Positions 25,113 through 38,124 of a stretch of DNA of 64,000 nucleotides are shown here, piece after piece; within the stretch, counting starts at the first letter, position 1; the number at the start of each line of letters is the position of its first letter. Source of the stretch: Podospora anserina (taxonomy: Eukaryota); NCBI GenBank assembly GCA_017654855.1, contig CM030334.1, positions 558,001-622,000 on the forward strand. Direction: 5' to 3'. The notes under the pieces are model-generated. The model did no database searches, was not told the DNA's origin, and worked only from the letters and a program-made list of their open reading frames with translations. A program made the position numbers and the translations under genes.

Positions 25113-26312
25113 ATGACTCTTCCTAGCGAAACGAGGGCTGTTATCATTGCCTCCATAGGCAAGGCCGAGATCAAGTCGGTCCCCCTCCCTACGCTTCGAG
25201 ACGACTACATACTCGTCCGGACGACAGCCGTGGCGTTGAATCCCACAGATTGGAAGCACGTCTACGGGATCAACCTCGGACCTAATCAGCCAACCGTTAT
25301 CGGCACCCGTGTAGGCTGCGACTACGCCGGCATCGTCGAGCAAGTTGGGCCCAAAGTGACCAAGGCCTTCAAGAAGGGAGACCTCATCTGCGGCCCGGCC
25401 CACGGATCCAACGCCGTTCAGCCAGAGGACGGGACGTTTGCAGAATACATCGTGGTGAAAGGGGATGTTCAGATCAAGGTGCCTGGTAACCTCAAAGACT
25501 ACGAAGCAGCCACGTTGGGAATTGGGATAACAACTGCTGTATGTATTGTTCCTTCAGCCCCCCCCCCTTTTTTTTCTTCTCACAATCACGTGGGTATGGA
25601 CAATTGACGCCATCACCAGGGCCAAGGCCTGTACCAAGCCCTCTCACTCCCTCTCCCTTCACCAGCTTCCCCTGTCCCGGGCCCGGACCCGGACCCCAGA
25701 AGAAAAATCTTGATCTACGGCGGCAGCACGGCCACCGGCCTCCTCGGCATCCAGTTCGCCGCTTTATCTGGATACACCATCGCCACGACTTGCTCCCCGC
25801 ACAACTTCTCCCGAGTCCGGTCGCTCGTCGGCAACGGCAGCGTTTCTGCATATGACTACCGCTCTCCGACCCTAGCGTCAGACTTGAAAGCATGGGCTGG
25901 CGACGATCTGACGGTGGCATGGGACTGCATAGCGAGCACTGACTCGGCAAAGTTGTGCGCTTCTGTGCTGGCGAAGGAAGGCGGGAAGTACAGGTCTCTG
26001 CTGAGGGTGCCGGACGAGGTGGTCAAGGGGGTGAATGGCAAGGTTGACAGCGGATTCACGTTTGCGTATACGGCCTTGGGGGAGGCGTTCAGGAAGGCGG
26101 TGGATATCCCGGCTGTGGAGGGGGATTTTGAGTTTGCGAAGCAGTTTTGGGAGCTGGCTAGAGAGTTGTTGGCGCAGGGAAAGGTGAAGACTGTGGAGGC
26201 GGAGGTCAATAGGGGTGGGAAGGGGGGGTTGGAAGGGGTGTTGGTTGGGTTGCGGGAGTTGAAGGAAGGGAGGGTGAGTGGGAGAAAGTTGGTGTACACT
26301 TTTGAGAGGTGA
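25113..26312 (+). CDS. MDR-family enoyl reductase-like protein (LovC/ToxD type; intron 25539-25619)
   Basis: AVALNPTDWKH, GCDYAGIVEQVG, GTFAEY, LIYGGSTATG, TTCSPHNF and GRVSGRKLVY. Confidence 0.9.
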
Positions 26313-26555
26313 TGGCTCGGCTGATTTTTGATATGCTGTCATCTATACGGGTCTGACCCATATATGTTGATCAAACTGGGCTGAAAGACTTGTAGATTAC
26401 ATTAGAAAGCAGGGGTATCTCAGACTTGGGGCGTGAAGGGCTACCTAGGAACAAACTCGACAACATGCATTGAGTGATTCAGCAAAAGTCCAGCCTATGC
26501 GCCCACTATGGCAGGGTGACCGTGTTTTCCTGACATCAGACAAAAGATCTTTGAC

Positions 26556-27200
26556 CTACACCACTGGCAAGGCCTCCGCCGGCGTCCCAGCATCTGCGAC
26601 AGCAGGACCAGTGTTAACCCCAGCAGCGGCAGCATCAGTTTTCCTGGCGACGCCATCCACGACCCTCTGCAGGATTTCCTGATGCGCACTCGAAAACCTG
26701 GATCTGACAAAGTGTTTGACGAAAAAGTTGCAGTCGATTCCCGCGATTTCCACCAGCTCCCACTCTCCTTCGTCACCAGGCCCAAGCAACAAGTCTGGGC
26801 CGTCTTGCACCTCCCCCCTCCTCCTGACTTCGTAACTGCTCCTCACCACCACGCCTGCCTGGGCATTGGCTCGAACCCGGACGCCATGGTCAAAGCTCTG
26901 CATTACACACGGGATGCCCACCTCCTTGGTGCCCCAGGCGCCGAGACCAGGAATGACAGGGACCCGATCCACCACTATAAAGGCCTGCAGCTTGGTGCCA
27001 GATTCGAGAAACAGGGGATCATCTACGACTTCCGAGACATCGAGGTGCCGCTGCTCAAAGTGGGCGACGTAGGGGTTGGCTTTGATGAGGGGCTCGTAGG
27101 CGTGGAGGCTCGCGAGGACGGCCTTGGGATCAACCCTGGCGGGGATGGGGACGCGTGTTATGACTGAGAGGGTTGGTGTGTGGGTGTTTGTGGCTGTCAT
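26556..27200 (-). CDS. Hypothetical fungal protein (214 aa, possibly SRPBCC/START-like fold)
   Basis: Single ATG-initiated ORF with natural protein composition (LHAYEPLIKANP...WELVEIAGIDCNFFVKHFVRSRFSSAHQEIL). The fold is inferred. Confidence 0.75.
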   Translation of the reverse strand: MTATNTHTPTLSVITRVPIPARVDPKAVLASLHAYEPLIKANPYVAHFEQRHLDVSEVVDDPLFLESGTKLQAFIVVDRVPVIPGLGAWGTKEVGIPCVMQSFDHGVRVRANAQAGVVVRSSYEVRRRGEVQDGPDLLLGPGDEGEWELVEIAGIDCNFFVKHFVRSRFSSAHQEILQRVVDGVARKTDAAAAGVNTGPAVADAGTPAEALPVV

Positions 27201-30200
27201 TGTAGTGACGGTGTAAGTTCTTAACGGTAGGTGGTTCTGTAGACGTGGTCAGCGCGCAAAGAAAAGGAAGAGGCTCAACGTTATTATCCTGATATGGCGG
27301 CTTTGTTTCTAGATGGGCCAAACGAGGGGAGGCGCACGCAAAGTGGGCACCGCTCAAAGTCAAAGAAAAGCTGAGCTCAAGCGGCCGAGGGAATGCAAAG
27401 CTGAAGGCGCTCTCACCTGGGCGGGTGGGTGTCGGGTGTTGAGGCCAGCATAAAACTGATGAGGGCCGATATCTATACCAGAGGCAAACGACGAGATGAG
27501 GTGTGATTGATCAGTGACTGTGTGTTTTATAGTATATGTGCCAGCAAGTTGCAAAACGACCGAGATAAGGATGAAAATGGCAGCAATTGTTGCTGTTTCT
27601 AGAGCTGTATTTGGGATGCCGAGTGGATGGCTGGAGTGGGTCGAGACTGGGACCGTGTCAGTGGTCGTTCTTTCCGCACTGGTTCGTAGCTAACGGTTGG
27701 CAGAGTTTCTTTAGTATGGAGCCTTTTCACAATTGTCCAGCGCAGACAAGGTTCGAAATCTACAGATACAACAATCCACGGTAGTCACACTCATTAACTC
27801 CCCGACATCCACTCCCCCGCGTTGGGACCAACATGAAACGGTCCAGGGTTGGTGGACTCGACTGTTCTAAATACGGTGTGGCTCAGCCCTCTTTGGCCGT
27901 GCAGCTGCCGCGTCGGGGGCCAAAAGGCAGACATGATGGAGGTGTCCGGTGCTTCGGTTCTTCAGCCCCGTCGACAGCCCGGTCAGTTCGCCGGGGTACA
28001 AGGCCGGGATACAGGCCGGGGATCGCTCAAGTGGACACACACAGGTGGGCCCAGCCTCCGGAAGGCTTGACGATCATTTCGGGAGGAGCCGTTATCAAGG
28101 TCAAGGTCGCCTCCGGCTCCGAACATTTGGCAACTTACACCCCCAGCTACTCCGTACTGATGGTACCTATCAAATTTGACCACCCTTCACTCCTGAGCGG
28201 ACGACAGCCCTATCGGATTAGACACGTCAAAAAAAGAGCATTTTCTTGCCCCAGGCGCATTCTGGCGGTGAAGAGGACGACAAATGGGACGGGCACCTCT
28301 TCTGCATCAACTCTGCGTCAAGCTGCATGAGCGGGTCACTGCCTGTCGTCCCATGAACTTTGATGTTCTCTTTTGATAGGGAACCCCACTGCATATTATG
28401 GAGGATGTGGTGTATGGACCACAGTTGTCAAACATGATGCGGATCTGAGCATCCATCATACTGCTTGTTCCCGTCACAGTCTCTGCTGCTGGCTCTCTTT
28501 TGGGGAGACTGTGTCAAGCTGTTTGCTCCTTGTGTGCCTCTGTGCAACTTCTCTGTGTCCCAAGATCAGAGGCCACACCGGGCCCTCACAACGCAGCCAT
28601 CGAAATCCTCGCTAGCGGCGCATAGCTGCCCAGCCTGCAACGCATCTCAACCTTGGGCAGAAAGATGATTCGCCATTGCCCGTCGCGTTTGATGCAGGAA
28701 GGGTACCCCCAGATCGCGTTGCGCGCATCTCCTAATCTCCTACCACTTACACACGAGTCTGTCCAGTCCCGAACGACTTTCGATGCCGAGCCCCCATGCA
28801 CTCAATGCCAGCAGCCAAAAGACAAGAACCCACCATGGCGCGCTGCCGAGTCTCATGACGGGCATATCGATGGCTAACAACGTGTGGAATCATCCGAACC
28901 CTCAATTACCAACGTTCATCGGGGAGCCCCACCGATTTCGGCTGGGTCAGGTGGGCGACAGAGACATGGCCGAACGCTACCCTGACCCCCATGAGCCCAC
29001 GCGGGGCATTCACGATTCCCCGCTATCTTGGCCAGAGAGGGTGAGAGGGGCATCATGGAAGTCGTCACCCATTGCACCATGTTTCGGGATGCCGCATCAA
29101 CAGCAGATGAGGCCCTCTCCACGCCGACACACACGATGGCAGGACCTGTACGGATACCAGCAAGCGATTGGCCAAGGCGTCGAGTGTTGGATGCTGTCTT
29201 CCGGTGGCATGGTGCACACATATAATAACCATAGCGGCAGCCGTGGACTCGGCTTGGTCCGTTCTGTTATATCAAAGCTTGGCTGGCCTATGGCACCCGT
29301 CTTTAGCCGTTTGATTTCGAACGCTCTCTCACGGTTTCACATTGTGCACAACGTCGAGAGCTGGGTTTGGGCTGTTGACAGGGGGGAATTGGCGAGGGGC
29401 AAGGGGAGCTTTTGGTGTCGGGACTGGGATGGATCACCTCGCCCTAACCGGATTGGAGCAGCCATCCCTTGCAGCCAGCCAATGGCAGCCATCCCCAGCC
29501 ATCCCGCAAAGTGCGCTCCAGGTCAAATTGTGGTGTCAAGCGCACGGCTGGGAGTCGGTCGGGGACATCAGCACAAGTCGAGAGAGAAAGAGGAGGAGCA
29601 CCAAGCAGTCCCACCTACTGACACTACACGCGTGACTGGGCCAGAGAGAGGGAAAAGAGGGTGAGCGCAACTGTTGCTTGGTTAGCGCGGGGCATTTCCC
29701 TCTTCAGTAAACCAAGATCAGGAAGAAGAAACAGAGCAAGGCGGTGGCTATCGCATAACATCGCCGTGGCTGTTCTCCGATTTGTCCTGCGACAATCCGG
29801 TACATCAAAGTACCCTCGGCCGTGCATGAATACCTCTTTTGTACGGCAACGGAACCGTGCTCTCCTTTCCGCCTCTCTTTTGCCTGCTCTGGTTTCTGTT
29901 TGACCACCTGTGCGCCGACCACTCATCCTGTCCGCACCCTGCTGAGGCGGGGGCCATAATCAACAAGACTGTATCGCACTGCATCAGCGGTGTGGTGGCA
30001 CAACGCGACGCGGCCTCGACAATACACCAATCCCTATCCCGCCGCCGTGTACCTCTGAGATCCGGCCGGGCGATTGGCTCTTCAACACACCCAGATTTTT
30101 CACCAGACGACGAATACTTTTTCAGCAGGGAGAAAAAAAGTCTTTTCGGAAAGGGGCTGCCCTAGAAACAGCGGTCGACCATCGTGAAGACTCCTTTCCG

Positions 30201-30350
30201 GTCTCTCAACACACTTGATTCGAAGGCTGCCTTGTTTTCTTTGCGACAAACACCGACTCGATCGGATTGTAGCTTTGAACCCGTCGAGGCTGCACCACAT
30301 GTGTGTTCCAGTCGTCGGTTGACACACCGTCAGCTCCATCAACCTTCACC

Positions 30351-33300
30351 ATGGCCGCTCTTGACGCTTTGCCACTCCGCGATAACTGGGCGGACGATGT
30401 CAGATTGGAGGCGACCAAGATCATATACTCGATCAACGGGCTTACATGGGACGGGAAAGACGAGCGCCACCAAGATTCGGATTTCATAGAGGCTAGGCTA
30501 GCCTTCATTGCACGGAGCTGGATTGCGCTTTGCGCAGGCCCCAAGGTAAGGGGATCAAAGGCCCCCCCTTTTGCGCGCCTGTTTCGTGTTTGGCCAAGAG
30601 ACAATGTTCTCAGCCAGTTTTTACCAGCATCTCATCGCTCATGTGTATATGCCTGGCTCTTTCTCAGCAACTGACAAATCGTTACCTAGGGCTCGCCAAC
30701 CTTAGATGCCGACTCACGAAGAATCGTCAAGCCTCTCACCATCCCGAGCATCATCCCTAGAAGTCGGGCCACTGAAGAGACTGGGAGCCTGGAATGGGAT
30801 GTTCAGGATCTGACAGGAAGCGGCGCATATGCGCAAAGTCGTCACCTCTCGGTAGACCCTTTGCTCGCGGATGTTCTCGCGGCCAGGTCTAGAGCCGGAG
30901 GAAGACGTCATCAGAATGACATCCTTGCTGACCCGACCAGAGATTATCAGATCGATCTAGCCACGAACGAAGGTTTCCGACAGGCCGCGAAGAAGAAGAA
31001 CAACAAGAAGGGAGGGGCGGCGAAACCCAACTATATCAGCAACAACAGCAACAGCAACGGTAACAACGACGAGGGCGAGAAGAAGGACGCTGAAGGAGGT
31101 GACGCTGGCGCCAATGGTGATGGGACCGGGGGCTCTGGCGGTAGCCCCAACGGAGATGGCGGCGGTGGGGACGAAAACAAAGACGACGACAAGAAAGAGG
31201 ATGAGAAAAGAGAGGAAGGAACGGTAGAAGAGAAGGCAGAAGAGAAGACTGAGGAAGCTCCGCCGCCTCCCGAGGATGACTTGGTCGGTACTGGTTCTAA
31301 GAAGAAGAAGAAGGGCGTCGCAGAACCCGAGCCTCCGGCAGTGGAAGATCCGAAGAAGTCTACCGATTCTGGTTTAGCCGCCGCTTCAGCAGGGCCTACC
31401 TTTGATTCCTTCTCGAACATCAAGATGAACGGGAATCGTGATCCGCCTCGGAAAGAAGAGCCCAAGCCAGCGCAAAAGAGCGGGTTTGGTGGCTGGAGCG
31501 GCTTGGGATGGGGTGGACTTGGCCTGGCATCAAAGGTTGTCGAGAATAGCCCGTGGGGTCTCAAGTCCAAAATCGGAGTGGGCTTCTCTTTTGGAGACGG
31601 TTCTGGCTCTGAAGAGCACATTCAGAGACCGAAATCAAGTGCAAGACAGGTTGAGAAACTGGCTGAGAAGCCACTCGAAAGACCAGTCGAAAAGCCGGTC
31701 GAAAAACCAGTCGAAAAGCCAGTGAAAAAGTCGGCCGAGAAACCTGTCGAAAGACCAACTGCGCCAGAAAAGCTTTCGGATGACCCACCGGCAGACGACT
31801 GGTTCGCCTCCGCGTCCACCGCAACAGCTAAGAAGAAGAAGAATGATCTTCTTGTCCAAGAGGCCAAGGTGGAACCGGGCTCTAAATCAGGAGGGAATGA
31901 TGCATGGGACTTCTGGGGAGCGCCCAAGAATAAGAAGAAGCCTCAACCTGATCCCGAACCAGAACCGGAGCCTGCGCCAGAGCCTCCCAGGGAGCCAGAT
32001 CCTAAGCCGGAACCGACCAAGAGCACAGAAACAGATGATGCCTGGGGAGCTGCCCCCGTAAAGGGTAAGAAGAAGAAAGGTAAGATCACCATTGCCAATG
32101 AACAGCCAAAGGAGCCGGATCCTCCCCGTGAACCAACAGCTGAACCCGAGCCTGAGCCAATTCCCGATCCAACACCCGAGCCACCCAAGTTGTATGAAGA
32201 GGACAATCCATGGGCGAACATTGCCACAACATCGAAGAGGAAGAAGAAAAAGGGGAAGAACGCCGTGCCGGAGCCGGAGTTAGAGCCTGTCAAAGAGCCC
32301 GAGCCTGAACCGGAACGAGCGCTCACCCCTGAACCTGTTCCTGACCCAGAGCCGGAGCCGGAACAGGAGGTGGAGGATTCCTGGGGTTGGGGTACTTCGT
32401 CCAAGAAGACCAGGTCGAAGAAGGGCAAAAAAATCGAGCCTGAACCAGAGCCAGAGCCAGAGCCACCCAAGGACCCGGAACCAGAACCTGAGCCTGAGCC
32501 TGTCCCAGAGCCCGAAAAGAAACAAGAAGATGACTTTTGGAGCTTTGGCGTCACTGCGACTAAGGGGAAGAAGAAGAAGGGCAGGAGTAAAGACCCAGAG
32601 CCCGAGCCTGCCAAAGCACCCGAACTCGAACCTGAACCCGAGCCTGTTCCGGAGCCCGCGCCGGAGCGTTCTAAGAAGGAGGAAGATGATCCATGGGGCC
32701 TTGCAGCTACTTCCTCCAAGAAGAAGAAGAAGGACAAAGGGAAAAAGGCTGCTGAGCCTGAGCATGAGCCTGAACCTGAACCTGCGAAGGAACCGGAGCC
32801 CGAGCCCGAGCCAGAACCAGAACCGGAGCCTGAGTCGGAGCCTGACATTTTAGAACACAGTATGTGGAGCTTTGGGTTTTCTACTAAGAAGAAGAAGGGC
32901 AAGAAGGAACCCGAGCCAGAACCTCCAAAAGAGCCTGAACCAGAACCGGAGCTGGAGCCTGAGCCTGAGCCTGAGTCAGAACCCGAGCCTGAGCCCGAAC
33001 GTCAAAAGAAAAGAGAAGATGACGATCCATGGGGCCTGAGCACATCATCGAAGAAGAAGAAGAAGGAGAAGGGCAAAAAAGCTGTCGAACCTGAGCCTGG
33101 ACCGGAGCCAGTCAAGAAGTCGAAAGACAAGAAGGACAAGAAGGGTAAGAAGGTGGCCGAGCCAGAACCAGAACCCGAGATGGAGGCTGTCCCCGAGCCG
33201 GAACCAGAACCGGAAAATGACGACGACGATGCATTCTGGGGCTCTCTGAGCGGCAACAAGATGGCCCATCACGAGACTTCAAGCACCAAGGACCTTCTTG

Positions 33301-36300
33301 ACTTGGACAACAAGAACGGTAGCCATGTCGAAGCTGACCCGCGTGCGTCTACCGAGAGCAGCGGCGGCTTCTTTGGTTGGTTGTCAGGCAAGAATAAGAA
33401 GAAGTCTGGGGAGTCGTCGGATGTGTCCACCAAGCCGGAACCAACGCCAGAAGAAATTGAGAGGGCTGCTGCCGAAGAGGAAAAGCGCAAAGTGGAGGAG
33501 GCTGCAGAGCAGGCACGCAGGGAAGCTGAAGAGGAGCTTGCCAGAGAGGAGGAGCAGGAACTAGCTGCTCTCGTGGCCAAGAAGAACAAGAAGAAGCGAA
33601 AAGGTATCTCGAGAGCTGAACAAGAGCGGATGGATGAGCTTGAGGCGAATGCCAACAGGCGGGCATTGGCAAAAGAAGCGCGTGAGGCAGAAGAAGCAGA
33701 CCGAGAACGGGAACGACAGGAAGAGGCCGACCACGATGCCAAGAAAGCTGAAGAAAAGGCAAAGCTAGAGGCTGAAGAGGCTGCTGAGCGGGAGCGCGAA
33801 GAGGAAGAACGTGAACGACAGGAGGCTGAGGCTGCAGAGGCGGCGGCGGCGGCTGCAGCAGCAGAAGAAGAAGCAGCTGCAGCGGCAGAAGCAGAAGCTG
33901 CAGCAGAACGAGCACGGGCAGAGGCAGCAGCAGAGGCCGAGGCAGCGTCTTCCAAGAAGTCTAAGAAGGGTGATAGAAAGAGTAAGAGTAAAAGGGATAA
34001 GGAACGTGAGCGGGAAGAAGAGGAGGAGAGGGAACGTGACAGGGAACGCGAGAGGGAGCGTGAGAGGGAGAGGGAGAGGGAGCGCGAGAGAGAAAAAGAA
34101 AAAGAAAAGGACAAAAAGAAAGATAAGGATAGGGATAAGGATAGGGATAAGGATAAGGACAAGGATAGGGATAAGGATAGGAAGAAGGATAAAAAGAAGG
34201 GTAAAGAGAAGGAAAGGGAAAGGGAGCGAGAAAGGGAGAAGGAGAGGGAAAGGGAGAAGGAGAAGGAGAAGGAAGAGGAGGATGAGGCCAACTATCTAAC
34301 TGCCGAAGACGAAGACGATCTTTTCAAAGACCTCAACGATGCTGATATCACAGCCGAGCAACTCGAGGAGCTACTGGATGACGGGCCCGCGGGTAAGGGA
34401 CTCAAAGACAAAGCGTCGATTGAGCCAGTTGAAACGAGGGATGGGCCCGGCGATGACCCCTTCAGCTTCTGGGGGGCTGCGAAGAAGTCAATCTCCAAAA
34501 GCCAAAAAACCAGTTCGCTGCTGCCTCAGGCACTGGACAGTCCACCGCAACCACCAGAGCCGGATATTCATACAGGTAGCAACCATGCTGAGTCATCGTC
34601 CAAGATCCTGTCAGCTCTGGGTGCTTTCGGCGGCAAATCGGTGTGGCACACCGAAGCTGGGACCTCGCCATCACCCGATCTGGCCAAGCCGACGAAACCC
34701 AGAAGCAACAAGATCGCCGATCGCATGCGCGCCTTTGAAGTTGCCGACGACGATAAGGATATCTCGGGCGCTGAACACGACAACGACAACGACAATGACG
34801 ATAGGGGCAAGAGGCGCGACAAGGACGATATTTACGACGAAGAGAAAGACAGTCGCGACAACCACAGGGCCGGAGCTTGGGGTGAGTACGGCGGCTACGA
34901 ACAATACGACCCCTACGAGTACGAAGCACCGATCGACGATATTCCTCCCCGAACCGCTCCACCACCTCCCGCTCCCGTTGAGGTTGTAACGCCCAAGGAG
35001 GAGAGGAGGAAAAAGAAGAGCAAGGACAAGAAGGGCAAAGAAAAGGACAAGCCCAGAAGCTCGGAACCTGCTATCATCGACGTCGAAGCCTTTGCAGCTC
35101 CTCCGCCTCCTCCCCCACCTGCGCCGCCTTCTCCTCCGCCAGCAGCAGCCCCCTACCTCCCGCGCTCAACACACACCGGCTTTCCTGGCGGCTTCCCGCT
35201 CGACGACGAAGACCACCTCGACGATCACCCCCGCCGGCGCAACATCATGGATTCAGGAGACGATGACGAGATTGTTGATATCATCGAAATGGCGCCGGAA
35301 AAGAAAGTCAGTAAACGGTCGAGAAGGGCTGCCAGCTCTCCCGAGGTCGTTGATGATGAGATCCATCCACCACCTCCTCCTCCTGTTCCGGTACCGCCCC
35401 CTGCTGTTCCTGATCCGCCGCCTCCGCCCATGTCGCCCATGTCCCCTCCTTTTTCACGCTCTGTCAAGAAAGAGCGGACTAAAATCAATCGCGACGGTGC
35501 ATCTTGGAACATGTGGTCAGCTGCTGCTCCCCCTCCGCCTCCGCCTCCTCCTCCACAGGAGCCTAGTCCCAAGAAATCATCATCAAGAAGTAAAGAAAAA
35601 GAGAGGGAAAGGGAATCAAGCTCCAGGAAGAAGGCGTCCTCTGCTGCCAAAGCTGAGAAGTCCTCATCCAGAGATTCAGGGTCGGAGGATAGGCCAGAGA
35701 AGATTGACAGGGTGCGCTCCAAAGACAACCCGGCAAATCGATTCCCTAGCGTTTTCGCCAGCACTCCCCCCATCTCTCGGAATGTCGCAACCCGTGAGAA
35801 ACGACACACTTCAAGCAGCAAGCCAAGTTCACGGCGGCAGTCTGTGGAAATGTCTGGTGGAATCATGAGCCCACCCCCTGAGGAGATGTCGTCCAAGGCG
35901 GCCAAGATCCTTGGTGTCGGTGGTGCTGCCGGCCTTGCTACTGGCCTCGGCATCGGCCTTTCAAGATCCAGCGGTAGACGCAGTAGAAAGTGTAAGGATA
36001 CATCGGTCGATGGACGATTTGGTGACCACTTTGCTAACCGTGTCTCAGCCGTCGACGAGGAGGGAGATGTGGTCATGGTCGATCCCACACCACCCAGCCC
36101 GGACAAGGCGGAACGGCGTCGGTCGAGAGTGAGTTGGACAACCCCGGTATCGAACCCCCCCGGACGGAATACTGACCACGGGCCGCAACAGCAATACCCT
36201 CCCCGTCCGGAGGATGATGTTGTCATGGTTGATGCCGGGGATGCGACCCCTACTCGACCTCCTCTCAAGCGCTCAGCCTCGAGCGCGAATAAGAAATCGG

Positions 36301-37523
36301 GGTTCTCTTCTCTCTTTGGTGGTGTCTTTACACCGAGCAAGTCGGATCCCCGTTTGGATCCGCGCTCCACAGACCCTCGTCTGGATTCGCGCCCAGAGCC
36401 TCGTAGGCGCAGCACTGCTTTTACAACGACGGATGAGGAAGCTGGAAGACGAGTCGAAGAGGATGAAGCTGAGCGGGAGGCTCGCCGCGCTGCTCGTCGT
36501 GCTGCACGCCGAGCCGAGAAGGAAGCTGCAGAGAGGGGTGCAGGTGAACAAGCAGCCGAGGAAGCCCGCCGGGCCAAGGATGAAGAACGCCGTCGGCGAC
36601 GCAAGAGACAAGAAGAAGAAGAAGAGGCCCGCAGACAGGAAGAAAAAGAAGCACGGCGTGCGGAAAGACGTGCTCAACGTGCTCGGGAGGAAGCTGACAG
36701 GCGATATGCAGAGCAGCCGGATTCTGAGAGAGCGGAGCGTCGCAGGCAACGTGCAGAGAGGGAGGCTGCCGAAGCCGATGCTCAGGCCCGCCGGGCAGCG
36801 AGACACCAGGAGCGTCGCCGCGGTCACCAGCCGGAAGAGCCGGCTCGGGATATTGTTGAAGAAGAACGCCACCACCGTCGTCACCGCAGCCACCAGCCCG
36901 AAGATTTTGCACAGCGTGACCCAGAAGAAGAAGAACGACGCCGTCGCCGTGATGCAAGACGCGCTGCGCAAGAAGCCCAAGTGAGGGAGGAGCGTCATCA
37001 TGTGAACGGACGACATCGTTCTGAACCTCCTGTCGAGCACTCGGTATATCCTAATGAGCACCAGCACGCAAGAGAAAACACGGCTGGCTCGTGGCCGCAT
37101 TCGGGCACGTCATCCTGGGTGAAGGAGCATTCTGATGCGCCACCGCCTCCAGAAAATGAGGAAGAAGATGAGGGTCCTCTCCCCGTCGAAGAGGTGATTG
37201 ATGAGGAAGAGGCACGCCGTGAAGCTCGTAGGGCGAGACGTCGGTCAAGATATGCTGAGGCGGCAGCTGTTGAGAATGGCGGGATGACTGCTGAAGATCT
37301 TGACGAGGAAAGACGAAGAAGAAAGCGACGCGAGGAACGGGAGCGGGATAGGGAGAGGGAGAGGGATCGTGCTGAGCGTGATCATCGCTACCCCCCCGAA
37401 CGGGACTATCACAAAGGATCGGATGGCAGTGGAGATGTGCGCCGTGATCCTCGACGCAGCTCAACATTCGATGCTGCCACGCCAAGAAGCTCGTGGTGGA
37501 AGAGACTCGCTGGGAAAAACTGA
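30351..37523 (+). CDS. Very large (~2300 aa) intrinsically disordered, charged repeat protein of unknown function (exon 1 30351-30545; intron 30546-30689; probable introns 35992-36048 and 36129-36191)
   Basis: 2220-codon open frame, plus an upstream ATG exon ([22 protein letters not shown]...ALCAGPK|gtaagg) that splices in frame at cctag 30689. PE, KKKK, ER/K and poly-Pro repeats. Confidence 0.85.
34030..34272 (+). repeat. Purine-rich coding microsatellites encoding (RE)n, (KE)n and (DRDK)n
   Basis: Runs such as gagagggagagggag and gatagggataaggatagggataag. Confidence 0.85.
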
Positions 37524-38124
37524 ATGTTGTATGAGAGTGATGAGAGATGACGGCTGGTTCTGTTTTTTTTTTTTTTTGAGACGATATGAAGTGTTGAGTA
37601 CGATATTTTGGATGGGTTGCATAAGGTGGTTGGTTGGTTTGTTTAGATTGAGGGAGCACTTCATCACTTGTTTTGTTTCGGTTTATGTTTACTTTACTTT
37701 GTTGGCCTCTTGGATTGTGATTGTGCAAACTTTCCCCCTGTACTCATTCGTTTGTGTTCTTCATGGAAGTGGCGCTCGGTTTTGGACATCAGCATATGCA
37801 TCCTGGTCTTGAGTTGGGCTCGTTGAGACCTGGGGATCATCCATCAGTTGTCGACCATGTACTTCTGTGTAAGGGAGATATATCCAACATTTGTCACCAT
37901 GTCTGTTTCATAATGGTAGATGTATAGCACAGTTTTCTTCATCCATTATCTCGTTTTGATACCAGAATAGGTCTCACAACCAACCGTATTCCATGTCCGC
38001 CTGCTCTCACACTGCATGAGCAGGCACCGGTTGGCTCCTGACCCAACGATGCCAACATCAGCCAAACGACTGGTCCCAGCAGCAACAAAACAACAGAAGC
38101 AGTTGCGTGTAGTGTAATGTGCAA

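Noticed and set aside
28783..29664. 293-aa ORF in the intergenic region
   Set aside because: No recognisable domain or codon bias; probably a chance ORF in the upstream region of the giant gene.
31031..37100. Many long minus-strand ORFs (GS/FFF/SL repeats)
   Set aside because: Mirror translations of the low-complexity plus-strand gene.
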